Part shown: positions 1 through 12,029 of the stretch, in pieces
Layout: every line of letters starts with the position of its first letter
Numbering within the stretch: position 1 is the first letter of the stretch
Assembly (NCBI GenBank): GCA_951406725.2
Contig: OX597830.1
Coordinates: 14,508,001 to 14,572,000, forward strand
Direction: 5' to 3'
DNA length: 64,000 nucleotides
Source: Octopus vulgaris
Taxonomy: Eukaryota
Translations under genes and position numbers: made by a program
The notes under the pieces: generated by a model
Databases searched by the model: none
Seen by the model: only the letters and a program-made list of their open reading frames with translations
Told to the model about the DNA's origin: nothing

Positions 1-140
1 GCTGGCAGACATGTTACCGAGCCAGGCTTAGCGGCATTTCGCCCGTTTCATCGTTCTGAGTTCAAAATCCGCCGAGGTACACTTTGTCTTTCATCCTTTC
101 CGATGTCCCCGAAATTGTTGGTTTTGTGCTAAAATTTCAA
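1..140 (+). mobile_element. Diverged tRNA-derived SINE, family A (older subfamily), cut by the window edge
   Basis: GCTGGCAGA...GTTCTGAGTTCAAAATCCGCCGAGGT...CTTTCATCCTTTC matches the family A copy at 430-629. Confidence 0.7.
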
Positions 141-429
141 GCCAATAAAACTAGCTTCTAACTTAGGTGCACAAGACCAATAATTTTAAGGCGAGGATGT
201 AATTCAATACCATCGATTTACTTGAACAGTACTTTATTTTATCTACTCGATGGTGGTGGTGGTGGTGGGGGGTGAATGGGTTACTTGACCTCAGCAGGAT
301 ACGAACTCGGAACAGAAAGTATCAGAAGAAACGCAAGTAGTTTTGTTCTATGCTCTGACAACAGAATTGACTAAAGAGGAGACTTATTTGTATTGTGGCT
401 TTATTTAGGCAGAAGAACGTTAGGCAGAA

Positions 430-629
430 GGCGGCGAGCTGGCAGAAACGTTAGCACGCCGGGCGAAATGCGTAGCCGTATTTCGTCTGCCGTTACATTC
501 TGAGTTCAAACTCCGTCGAGGCCGACTTTGCCTTTCATCCTTTCAGGGTCGATTAAATAAGTACCAGTTACGCACTGGGGTCGATGTAATTGACTTAATC
601 CGTTTGTCTGTCCTTGCTTGTCATCTCTA
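430..629 (+). mobile_element. tRNA-derived SINE family A (Nin/Deu-like central domain)
   Basis: A-box-like TGGCAGAAACGTT, B-box GAGTTCAAA, central GACTTTGCCTTTCATCCTTTC..GGTCGAT..AAGTACCAG; many copies in the window. Confidence 0.85.
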
Positions 630-716
630 GAGATTTCTTGAGGCGGTTTACGTACATCAAATTCGAGAATGAGTAAAATCAGAGAAAACAATATATATGT
701 ATGCGTGTGTTTGTAT

Positions 717-763
<47 letters not shown>

Positions 764-780
764 CGTGCGTGTGTGTGTGT

Positions 781-996
781 GTGTCTTTATGTTTGTCCTT
801 TATCACCGCTTGATAACTGGTGGTGGTTTGTTTACATACCTGTACATTTGTTGTTCGGCGAGAAGAAACCGATAGCATAAGTACCATACTTCATGAAACA
901 TAAGCACGGGAGTAGATTTGTTTGACTAAACCCTTTGTATTTGTGCCCCAGCATGGCGGCAGTCCAATGAATGAAACAAGTAAAAGATAAAAGATA
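781..996 (+). mobile_element. 3' half of a diverged family B SINE
   Basis: Follows (GT)n; ends CCAGCATGGCGGCAGTCCAATGAATGAAACAAGTAAAAGATAAAAGATA like other family B tails. Confidence 0.75.
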
Positions 997-1171
997 AACA
1001 ATGAGAAATCTTTCTTTGCGTAGGTCGTGAGTATGATGAGAGCGAGATGAAATGCCAAAAGTCATTTCGTTCGGCGCTCTACAGCTTTTGCTATTTCGTC
1101 TCTCCTCGTCCTCTCAATAATTATTATTTCAATTTTTTTTGTCCATTGGCACCGTTGACAGTAATCGATTA

Positions 1172-1546
1172 GGATCTTTGTCATCCATAATTAGTATCGA
1201 TCTACTGCATTTCAATCTGTTTTAGGGTTAGGGTTAGGGTTAGGGGTGGGGGGAAGGGTATCTTTTTTTCTTCACAAATGTAAATAAACCCAATCTGTTT
1301 CTTAAACGAGGGACATATTCATACGGCACAGAATGTTTTTACCTCAATAGACGTCATTGATTGGTTGAAATTGCAGAAATTGAAGAAAAAAACAACAGCA
1401 AATATCTTACAAACTATAGAATTTTCTCAATAAAGCCAAGAGAAAAAAGATGTTTTATAAACACATTCTACCAGTATATAAAGTTTAAAAGTGTTTAGTT
1501 ACGAGGAAAATATTTTAAAAAACTGCCGTTCAAACCGAAAAGATCG
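1172..1546 (-). mobile_element. MITE with GGATC termini, 8-bp TSD and internal (TTAGGG)n; left TIR partly deleted
   Basis: TSD ATCGATTA at 1164-1171 and 1547-1554; near-identical inverted copy at 56775-57190. Confidence 0.85.
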
Positions 1547-1824
1547 ATCGATTATTAATACTTGTTATACTGACACCGGAAGGATCAGATTCAAAATTGG
1601 ACCTGCTGAAATCGCAGAACCTAGACGGACGTACGATTTATGCAACACCATGTGGAAATATATCACGTTGGCACTGAATTGTTTCGCTTCTCACATCCTT
1701 CTCCTGGTTAATCGATTAAATCATTTATAGATTTTTTTTCTTAAGCAAATGAAACAAATAGCTGTAGTAAGAGTAGCGTAGTATGGAACAGCAATAAATT
1801 GGGTAACACTTATGGAATGTCTAT

Positions 1825-2239
1825 TACTCTTACTCTCTCTCTCTTTCACTTTTTTCAGTCATTTGACTGCGGCCATGCTGGAGCACCGCCTTTAGTCGAG
1901 CAAATCGACCCCGGGACTTATTCTTTTTGTAAGCCCAGTACTTATTCTATCGGTCTCTTTTGCCGAACCGCTAACTGACGGGGACGTAAACAAACACCAG
2001 CATCGGTTGTCAAGCAATGCTAGGGGGACAAACACAGACACACAAACATATACACACACATGCATATATATACATACATATATACGACAGGCTTCTTTCA
2101 GTTTCCGTCTACCAAATCCACCCATAAGGCATTGGTCGGCCCGGGGCTATAGCAGAAGACACTTGCCCAAGATGCCACGCAGTGGGACCGAACCTGGAAC
2201 CATGTGGTTGGTTAGCAAGCTACTTACCACACAGCCACT
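1825..2239 (-). mobile_element. tRNA-derived SINE family B (CORE-like domain, internal (TA)/(TG) tract)
   Basis: Reverse complement has A box TGGCTGTGTGGT, a B-box-like GGTTCGGTCC, TTGGGCAAGTGTCTT and the CCAGCATGGCCGCAGTCAAATGACTGAAA tail. Confidence 0.9.
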
Positions 2240-2737
2240 TCGTGTTTCAAACTGATTTCGCTGCATATTCTAATGTAAAATTTGATATTATTTATATATT
2301 AAGTTTTACTTAATATCTTTTGCATTTTCAACTTTTTTTTTCGTAAGTCTACTAATACTTCATTTCCTGCAAGCATATTTATGTAAATATTCATTCATGT
2401 TTATTTTTGTGGTTTGTGTAATTTTTTTTTTTATTTTTCGTATGTGTGTAATTTTTGCCATACATTTTACGACGTCTCAGTTTCTTTATGAACCTTTAGC
2501 AGATTACAAATATTAAACTGACTTTATGAAAATAAATATTTAGAGTAGTAAAATGAAAAGAAGGGAAAAGCATAAACGTTAGCCTCATATTAAAATCAAA
2601 TCGAACCCAGAGTTAAGCAGGGCAACTAAGCGAATGGCAGTTTAAATATTAGGACAAGAAACATATTGATTTCATCGAACCGTACCTGATGAATAAGAAA
2701 TAGCACGTAATTACAGACAGCTTGGTCAAATTATATA

Positions 2738-2791
<54 letters not shown>

Positions 2792-2874
2792 GGTCCCGGG
2801 TTGATTCGGGGTTAACCACAGTAAATAAGGTACTCAATACATAGCAGAGTAAAATTAATTTATTATATAGAAGG

Positions 2875-2924
2875 AGCTTCACAGGACTAGAACTGTTTCA
2901 TTCAAGAGAAATCTTCAGGAAGCT
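2875..2924 (-). ncRNA. Type I hammerhead motif, left-arm copy lacking the cleavage-site nucleotide
   Basis: Revcomp AGCTTC-CTGAAGA-TTTCTCTTGAAT-GAAA-CAG-TTCTAGTC-CTG-T-GAAGCT. Confidence 0.6.
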
Positions 2925-3355
2925 AGTTAACAAGAATTGTATTGGCATTTATACATTTAGGCAGGTTTAAAGGGGTGTTGGTGGGGGACTTTTTGGGGGT
3001 AGGCATAGCGCAAAATATCATACTTGGGAGAGTGGTCAAGGATTCAGTGTTAAATTAGATAGAAGAATAAATAAATAAAAAAAATATATATATATATATA
3101 TAAAAAGGGGGAATAGAGTTTTAGGTAAATAAGGAGATTCTTGAGAATCTCCTTATTTACCTAAAACTCTATTCCCCTTTTTATATATATATATATTTTT
3201 TTTTTTTTTTATTTATTCTTCTATCTAATTTAACACTGACTCCTTGACCACTCCCCAAGTATGATATTTTGCGCTATGCCTACCCCAAAAGTCCCCCACC
3301 AACACCCCTTTAAACCTGCCTAAATGTATAAATGCCAATACAATTCTTGTTAACT

Positions 3356-3406
3356 AGCTTCCTGAAGATTTCTCTTGAATGAAACAGTTCTAGTCCTGTA
3401 GAAGCT
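3356..3406 (+). ncRNA. Type I hammerhead ribozyme motif
   Basis: Stem I AGCTTC/GAAGCT; core CTGAAGA (3362-3368) and GAAA (3381-3384); stem III ACAG/CTGT; GUA triplet, predicted cut after 3400; stem II TTC/GAA with a T.T closing mismatch. Confidence 0.75.
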
Positions 3407-3417
3407 CCTTCTATATA

Positions 3418-3468
<51 letters not shown>

Positions 3469-3721
3469 ATTAGGGAGTATAACTCCAAACTTGCAGGGAA
3501 AAATTCAATTTAGTATTAAATCAAATTTCACAATATAAATATATAAAATATAAATTAGAGATAAAACCCCTATTATGCAACTCAAACAGTGATAGACATA
3601 AACCAATACATAAATAACAAGCAATATATATAATTTTTTTTTTTCAAAAGTATAAAATGAATGATAAATATATTATAATAAGTAAAAATACATTACCTAT
3701 TATATTATATTTATCATTCAT

Positions 3722-3769
3722 TTATTGCAACCCCTACTTATTGCAACCCCTACTTATTGCAACCCCTAC
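3722..3769. repeat. 16-bp tandem triplication TTATTGCAACCCCTAC at the 3' end of the Dong fragment
   Basis: Three exact adjacent copies. Confidence 0.9.
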
Positions 3770-4213
3770 TTGTTCCATGTACTTCTCAAGATTATTACTC
3801 ATTATTCCCAGGGCTCCGATAATTATTGGTACTACTACCACCTTTTTCAGCGACCACAACTGCTTAACCTCCCAAGCTAACCTGTTATATCTATTGAATT
3901 TTCTTTCTTTATCGCATACTTTATTGTCAGATGGTCATGCTATAGCTATGATCCTGCATCGTTTGCTTTCCTTCTAAAGACTAAGTCTGGTTTCCTATCC
4001 TCTATCTCATGGTCGTACTAAGTCATAAAATCCCATAGCATCTTTGCATTATCATTTCCGATGATGCCTTCGGGTTTATGTTCCTACCAATTTTTTGCTC
4101 TATCAAGTCCATACTTGTTGCAAAGTGTTCAATGGAGAATCCTTGCTATAGTGTCATGACGTCTCTTATATTATTTCTTGGTTTAGTGGTGTATATTGAC
4201 TGGTAATATGCCC
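3760..4213 (-). mobile_element. Degraded R4/Dong-like non-LTR fragment (RLE domain)
   Basis: Minus translation YKRRHDTIARILH...EHKPEGII..NAKMLWDF..RKPDLV...LWSLKKVVVVPIIIGALG with stops; parallels the 42343-44354 C-terminus. Confidence 0.85.
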
Positions 4214-4426
<213 letters not shown>

Positions 4427-5484
4427 GTGGTGGTAGTTGTGATGATGGTGGTTGCATCGGTGGAGTTGAATATTTTTGAAATGTACACGTGTAAGTTTAT
4501 TTCGCTCAAAAACTGGAAAATAATTAGGGTAGAAAATTTGTAAGATTTGTTTTCATAGCTTTTTCTTCTTTTCTTTTTTCATACACATATTTTCAGCTCA
4601 TGATATTTTCAGCTAACAAAGAAAAACAGACAATGCAAAAACAAGATACAGAACTGAATGAGCAAACAAAAACTGGTCATTTAAATTAACAACGAATGCA
4701 TAAAAAATATTTCAAACAGTCAAAATGGAAGATTTGAAGACAGTGATAGTAACAACAGCATAGCAGCGTTTGAAAATTTTCATATAGAAGTTGTGTCAAA
4801 GCAAACCTTGTCTCAGTTACACAAACAAAACAGACTATTTAAACATAACGGTTTAAAGTAAGTGGGAGAAGTTTTGTATGATGAAACATTTTTATCATTT
4901 TTTTTTTCACCATAGTTTATCAAAGAGAATGCAAAGAAAACAATTGTATAGCTGTGTTTAGTAAAAATCAAACGAGATTTAATTATCCTTCACGATATTA
5001 TATGCTAGCACAAACACTTAATGATATGTCGGTAGACAATCTCTCAACTGCAAAGAGGAAAAGGTATGACAATACCTTCTTCACTGAAGTCTCATTAAAA
5101 AGACAAAATTGATAGAAACACCTTGACCTATACATTTGTGTCCTTGTACAAGGGGCAAAGAAATTCAGGGTTAACAGCTATAGATATCGGGCACAATGAA
5201 TATTCATAAACTCTAGTTACTTTAGTATGAGTAAGTGGTAAAAGTGGAGTTGACGGAAGGCGCGTGTGGTTAGGGGACGTCCAAATACATTTGTAAATCC
5301 TTCTGACTCTGGAAGTCGTAAATTCATATCAGAATTATACCTACTTGAGGCCAGCGGACCAGAAGGTATGAAACTGGTAAAACAGAGCGAAAATATTTAT
5401 AGTTACTATATTTTTCGTATTAAGACAAATCTTAGAGATGGTTGCCCTGAAGCCTAAATTAATTAATTAACTAATTAATTAATT

Positions 5485-5509
5485 AATAATAATAATAATA
5501 ATAATAATG

Positions 5510-5576
<67 letters not shown>

Positions 5577-5582
5577 TAAATA
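5485..5582. repeat. (AAT)n microsatellite
   Basis: Seen directly. Confidence 0.95.
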
Positions 5583-7024
5583 AGAAATAAAAGAAGCAAA
5601 AAACGAAATACTACGGTAAATATCAATTTAAACAGAAAAAGAAAAACAACTTACTTTACTTTCAACAACTCCATCAACCAAAACCCTAAGGATGGCAGCA
5701 AAAATCCATTTATGTTTAGTATTATAAACAGACGAATAAAGACTTGTTCCTCTGACCCCAGCAATTTGTTGTACAACATCACTTTGCTGAGATGAAGAAG
5801 AAACAATGGTGGCAGAGGCAAGTGCCAAACTGTCAAAAGAAACAATAAAGGAAAGCAGAAATCAAAAAACATTTACTGCAAAACCACAAGAACAGGTGAC
5901 GAGGAACAAGTTTTTTAAGACAACAAAGACAATTGTTTTTTGAAAGGAAAGAACGAAAATGAAGAGGGAGACTAAAGGACAGAATTTTACCATTTTTTTA
6001 AATTGAAGCAGTCAATTAACTGATAAAAATCATAGTCTTGTGGAGTCAATGACTTTCCAGTGATTTAAAAATGACCCAAGCACAGTTAAGTATGGAATAC
6101 AGGAAGTCTGCTAAAAATAGACATAAGACAGCATAACGAACTTAAAAGATCTTACCTTGAATGTGTAGGTGCCTTTCAACCCCAAACTGGATTAATGCTG
6201 AGATAAAGGAGGTGGGACTAATGGTGCAGGTCAAAAAAGATGTTATGCAATAGAAGGAAAAATTGGTCATGGGTAGTTTATACTGGAAAGCTGGAAAAAA
6301 TAGAGAAATGAAAGCTGCAAGGAGCAGCAAAGATATCAAGAGAAGCAGTCCCGAATTTCCAAATCGCCTTCAGACACAAATCCGGAAATGGTGGATAATA
6401 TCACTTTGTGCTCGGTCTGATAAATGCCTTCCAGCCATAGTAATCAGTGCACTAATCCATCATCTTGTAATGAACGGGTGGGAACTAGGAAGATCTTAAA
6501 GAACAAATAATTGCTGGAATAGCGATAAACCTAAAGAAAATCTTAAAAAATAGAGAGGGGAAAAATAAGTGTGAGCCTTAATAAAATGCAATAAAAATGT
6601 TTGAGAAGTTCCCACACCCTCAGAAAAGTACCATAAGATGCACAAAAGGTCGGCAGAATGCACACAAGTCGACAAATGCACACAGGTCGACAAAAACAAA
6701 AAGGCTATGTATTTCAAAATATCTTTCTAATTCCCTAGCAAAACATTTTCGGAAGGGACGTTTAGAGATACAAAGAGTAGTGAGTTAGTAATGTGCTCAC
6801 TGTGGAGTTATAAATATATGAAACCAAGGAAATATGAGTACTTTAGAATTATTCTAGCCCACACAAGTCCATTGCTGCTAACCGGTGCTTTTGGTAACAC
6901 TAGGAAGAGAATTGACAAAATAAGTACCAGTTGAGTACTGGGGTTGATGTAATTTCGACTAAACCCCTTCCATAAATTTTCAGGCCTGGTGCCTATAGTA
7001 GAAAATATTATTACTAGCAGTTAA

Positions 7025-7220
7025 GGCGGCAATCTGGCAGAATCGTTAGCACACCATATAATATGCCTATAAGCACTTGGCCCGCCTTTAAGTTCTGAGT
7101 TCAAATCCCTCCAATTGCCTTCCCGATTGATCAAATATGTACTATTTTCGCTCGGGGGAGGGGGCAATGTAATCGACTTGCCCTCCTCTTAAAATTGCTG
7201 GCCTCGTGCTAAAATTAGAG
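7025..7220 (+). mobile_element. Diverged SINE family A (older subfamily)
   Basis: GGCGGCAATCTGGCAGAATCGTTAGC...GTTCTGAGTTCAAATCC...AAATTGCTGGCCTCGTGCTAAAATT. Confidence 0.7.
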
Positions 7221-7563
7221 ATATTTATTATTAGTAGTAGTTTTAGTAGTGGCAGTAAATATTTAGTTTAGTTTTATGACAAGAGACTGGGTGAGGAGCG
7301 AATCAAAGGTATTCAGTTAGTGTGATCGGTCATGGAGTCTGTGGTGTTAGCAATCTCTAATCACCCTCGGTTTATTTAGTCTTACGCTGTATTCATCATT
7401 AGTGGGAGTGTTCGATATTCTATCAGAGAGAGGCTGTGATTTTTTCATTATTATTAGCTTGTTCTTTATCTCTTAATATTTCCTTATCTTTCTTGCACAT
7501 CCTTTCTCTCTTTCGTTATCTCTTCCCATCTTCCTCAACACTCTCTTTATCTCACTATCCTTC

Positions 7564-7605
<42 letters not shown>

Positions 7606-8108
7606 TGCTGCCTTCCTGAAATTAAACAGTGAAATATGAATTCTAATTGAGCAATACCAATTGAAAAGCCGATTGTGAAGACTAATTTCGCTCTTTCAAA
7701 AATTAGACCATTTTTATTTTCTTAATTATTTCAGCGTATTGTGGTAGCGGGGTTGAAGTTGAGTGAATGTCATTTGCCATGCGCCGCCTTCATCTTTTTC
7801 TCTTTCCATCGAGCTTTCTTATCTACAAACTCCCTCTTTCACGCTTGCTACATCATACTCACACAGATACGCACTCTCACTAATATAATGATTTCTATAT
7901 ACACACATATACATGCACACATGTAAATACATATATATATATACGTGTATGTGTATTATTTTATACACGTTTATGTAGACAATACACAAATATAGAGATG
8001 AATGTGTGTGAGTTTACATTTACATATATGTATATGTATACTATTTACATGTGTATATAGAGACGCACATATACACACATCTCTCTCTCTCTCTCTCACT
8101 CTCTCTCA

Positions 8109-8170
<62 letters not shown>

Positions 8171-8357
8171 TACACTCAAGACATTTGTAAGTATATGTAT
8201 ATGCATATACACATATTTACATAAGAATACACACACATACACATATGCATGTATATGTACATAAATTTGTGAGTAGATGTATATAGGTACGTATATATGA
8301 TGTATATATATATATACATATATATACATATATATATATACATATATATATATATAC

Positions 8358-8427
<70 letters not shown>

Positions 8428-9087
8428 TCACCTTGATCAATGATTGTGTTGGTAACACTTATAGCCTGGATCATTAGTGATATGCCTTTCAATCATTCCT
8501 CCATTCACACCCCCACCACTCATTTGAAATTTTCACTATATTTTCTTTTAGCCTTTTTAAAGAATTCCTTTGCCGTTATCCCAATTTCATTAATTCCTTG
8601 ACGAAGTCTGACAGAATCAGTTTATTTATTCTTTGGTTCATTATAAAATGCTGAGAATCGCAATGTCTTTATGTTCTTTTCGCTTTTGATTGCGAGGAAG
8701 GGTTCAAGCAAAATTGATAATTGATATTTTATTAAGACCTGAGTTGCTCATTGAGGTAGCTACGACCTTATCCACTAATATTTTTGTTGTTTTAGTCATT
8801 CAAATTATTTAAACTTTTACCTGTTTACAGAGATAAGTCTGAAGATATGAAAGCGTGTTGTAAGGGACTTGATTTGAGCAATTTTACTTTTCATTTCGTT
8901 TCTGCTTGAATAAATGGAGAAAATCAATTGTCATAGCAGTAACAGAGTAAGGAAGCAAGCATCAAAAAGTGTACAACCGACCGTTCAATTAGATTAATTA
9001 GTCATCAAGGCCAGGTTTTTCTGTATGTTTGCTTTACTCAAAGAGAAACCAACAATGAAAAAATAAACAAAAAGGTATGCATTCATA

Positions 9088-9499
9088 GGCGCAGGAGTGG
9101 CTGTGTGGTAAGTAGCTTGCTAACCAACCACATGGTTTCGGGTTCAGTCCCACTGCGTGACATCTTGGGCAAGTGTCTTCTGCTATAGCCCCGGGCCGAC
9201 CAATGCCTTGTGAGTGGATTTGGTAGACAGAAACTGAAAGAAGCCTGTCGTATATATGTATATATATATGTGTGTGTGTATATGTTTGTGCGTCTGTGTT
9301 TGTCCTCCTAGCATTGCTTGACAACCGATGCTGGTATATTCACGTCCACGTCACTTAGCGGTTCGGCAAAAGAAACCGATAGAATAAGTACTGGGCTTAC
9401 AAAAAATAAGTCCTGGGGGTCGATTTGCTCGAATAAAGGCGGTGCTCCAGCATGGCCGCAGTCAAATGACTGAAACAAGTAAAAGAGAGTAAAAGAGTA
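9088..9499 (+). mobile_element. SINE family B, full length
   Basis: GGCGCAGGAGTGGCTGTGTGGTAAG head through GAAACAAGTAAAAGAGAGTAAAAGAGTA tail. Confidence 0.9.
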
Positions 9500-9544
<45 letters not shown>

Positions 9545-10255
9545 CTGTGTGCCTGTGTGTCTGTGTGTGTGTACGTAGTGAAAGATAGGTTGATTTCCAA
9601 GAAGGAAGGACATCTACCAGTCCAGTATTCATCACAACTTCTTAGAATTAAAGACAAAGAGTGAAGAAAAGAACTTTAAACGTGAGTGCTGTGGGGCATC
9701 ATAGCTTCATTTGTAAAAACGTAACGTCACCCAGCCAATAAATTATTATATGAATATTAAAAAATGCTTCGTTTTGATGGAAAATTCATGAAATACCTCC
9801 TTTCAAACAACAGTAGCTGCCAGCCGATGGTGTCTTCTTTCACCAAATCTTTTAAATGTGTTTCTCGGAAATATAATGCGGAAGGCATCTGAGAGGCAGG
9901 GAAGTCAGTCGTCCCTTTTTTTTATATCAATGACAGTGATGTAATAAAGCAAAATGAAGGACCTAGAGATTAAGGGACACATCTTTGATGCAACTTCAAG
10001 AAGATATGAAATGAAAATAACTGCTGCAAATAATAGAATAATGATGGCTAGTAAAAGCAAAAAACAAAATAGCGGATCTAATTGACAGAGCAAAAAATTC
10101 TCTCAAACAAGATTCACTTAAATACTTGAGATGGCTAAAAACGGAAGAAGACCAACGAGAAAAGCAAAATATAGGGCTGAAACAGTTACAGTACCTTGGG
10201 GGAAAATTATATCCTAATTACAAAAACAATAAGATTTCAAAATTAAGTGCATAAC

Positions 10256-10398
10256 CGCAGGAGTGGCTGTGTTGTAAGAAACTTCATTCCCAACCACATG
10301 GTGCTGGGTTCAGGCCCACTATGTGTCACTTTGGGCAAACGTCTTCTACTATAGCCTTTGGAGTCGATTTCGTAGACATAAACTGAAAGCCCGTCATA
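10256..10398 (+). mobile_element. SINE family B, diverged 5' part
   Basis: CGCAGGAGTGGCTGTGTTGTAAG...TTGGGCAAACGTCTTCTACTATAGCC. Confidence 0.75.
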
Positions 10399-10729
10399 TG
10401 TGTACATTACATATATATATATAATACACCGGAATGAACGGATTATATTGATGTTATAAATTATATGAATTTTTTCTTCTATTCTTATGTATTCTTTCTC
10501 CTTCTTCGCATTCTTCCTTATTTTTCTTAATATTATTTTATTTATCATCAGCCTCATTAATTATATTTTAAAATAATATAAATCGTGAAAAAAAAAACTC
10601 TCCTTTTGAATGTGGATTTGATCCCTCATTATATGCCCGATCACTTTATTGGAACAAATTCAATCTCGAACAATATGAAACTCATAGAACCTACAATTGT
10701 TTCTATCGCCAATCAATTATAGTTAATTA

Positions 10730-10963
10730 AACATTTCGTCAGGGTCAGAAATTGATGGAAAAGGGAACTATATCCCAATGTGTTGATAAATCATTGGAAG
10801 ACTCAGCTTTAAATTCAGATATGGGCGCTTGTGCATTCTAATATATTCTAAAAACCTAGGAATACATGTTTTCAATTACAATTAACTGTAACAAAATATC
10901 GTTTAGGCAACACATTGGGATGTAGTTTCTTTTTCTACCAAGTTTTGACCCTGGCGAAATGTT
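10730..10963. mobile_element. Old MITE-like element with ~55-bp imperfect inverted termini
   Basis: AACATTTCGTCAGGGTCA...TCCCAATGTGTTG versus CAACACATTGGGA...TGACCCTGGCGAAATGTT. Confidence 0.65.
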
Positions 10964-11308
10964 CAATAAGATATAATCCAATATGAATCTTTCATTTAAT
11001 TTTTCTAATTTGAATTAATAAATTGGAGATATCTATCAATGTAAAGTAGTTCACTGATACACTGGATAAGACCGAGGAATTTGGATGCTGACATCCATTT
11101 AAGAGGTATTTGTATCCTTGAAATAATTCATATATAGCAGAAGGATTAAAATTAATTAAAGGAATACTAAATATGTCTACCAGCTGGAAATAACAGTCAG
11201 AACTCTTATTTAAATCGCCGAAAAAACTGGTGGAAACTACAGAAATCCACCGTCTGCGGGCAAACGGGTTAGTACAATATCTTAACATACATTCAAGTAT
11301 TTGGACTC

Positions 11309-11360
11309 ACGTGGACCTGTTTCCGGACTGGCGTTATAGCCTCACCACTCTTCAGCACAT
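11309..11360 (-). ncRNA. Minimal type I hammerhead motif
   Basis: Revcomp ATGTG-CTGAAGA-GTGGTGAGGCTATAACGCCAGTCCG-GAAA-CAG-GTC-CACGT; imperfect stem II. Confidence 0.6.
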
Positions 11361-11532
11361 ATTACCATGATGGAAACCCACAACCCGTCACGTTGAAGTC
11401 TGCGCTACAACTGATTCGGTTTGTGCCGAGTCATAGCAGCCACCAGTGTGAAAATAATTTCAAAACGGAGCAAATGATTCAGGAGAAAATATTTGCGAAG
11501 ACATTATTGAATCTATTATTATCTAGTATAAC

Positions 11533-11865
11533 GTGAGGGCGCGTGGCTTAGTGGTTAGAGCATTCGGCTCATGATCGTAAGGTTGTGAGTTCGATTCCCG
11601 GCGACGCGTTGTGTCCTTGAGCAAGACACTTTATTTCACGTTGCTCCAGTCCACTCAGCTGGCAAAAATGAGTTGTACTTGTATTTCAAAGGGTCAGCCT
11701 TGTCACTCTCTGTGTCACGCTGATTATCCCCGAGAACTACGTTAAGGGTACACGTGTCTGTGGAATACTCAGTCATTTGCACGTTAATTTCACGAGCAAG
11801 CTGTTCCGTTGATCGTATCAGCTGGGACCCTCGTCGTCGTAACCGGCGGAGTCTTTAGTCTTTAA
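11533..11865 (+). mobile_element. tRNA-derived SINE family C (Meta/V/CORE-like core), full length with 12-bp TSD
   Basis: A box TGGCTTAGTGGTT, B box GAGTTCGATTC, GTGTCCTTGAGCAAGACACTT core; TSD ATCTAGTATAAC at 11521-11532 and 11866-11877. Confidence 0.9.
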
Positions 11866-11976
11866 ATCTAGTATAACAATTAAAAATGATAATAACAGAA
11901 TCAATAACATAGGCGATTGCAGGCCCAAAAAGCATTAAATAACTGGATGATTAAAGTTAAGCATAGGACATACTAA

Positions 11977-12029
11977 CGCGCGCTGAGGAAGGTGAGGCTA
12001 TAATACTAGACCAGAAACCGATCCGCGTG
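11977..12029 (+). ncRNA. Minimal type I hammerhead motif (paralog of 11309-11360)
   Basis: CGCGCG-CTGAGGA-...-GAAA-CCGA-TC-CGCGTG. Confidence 0.55.

Larger units (their letters stand above)
2790..3423. mobile_element. Foldback element with hammerhead motifs, Penelope-pLTR/retrozyme-like, inserted in (TA)n
   Basis: Inverted arms of ~280 bp (2858-3141 / 3144-3423), centre GGAGATTCT-TG-AGAATCTCC, (TA)n on both flanks. Confidence 0.75.

Noticed and set aside
1222-1245. Telomere or chromosome-fusion scar
   Set aside because: Only four units, inside a MITE that recurs at 56775-57190
2007-2255. Recurrent ORF ...RQASFSFRLPNP...HLPKMPRSGTEPGTMWLVSKLLTTQP
   Set aside because: Antisense reading of SINE family B; recurs only because the SINE does
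2680-2720. CTGATGA-ATAA-GAAA hammerhead-like core
   Set aside because: No stem I or stem III complementarity found
5585-6800. Purine-rich segment after (AAT)n, possibly a decayed LINE
   Set aside because: No recognisable motif in any frame
8590-8630. TTGACGA...GAAT hammerhead-like relic
   Set aside because: Both core halves mutated and no convincing stems
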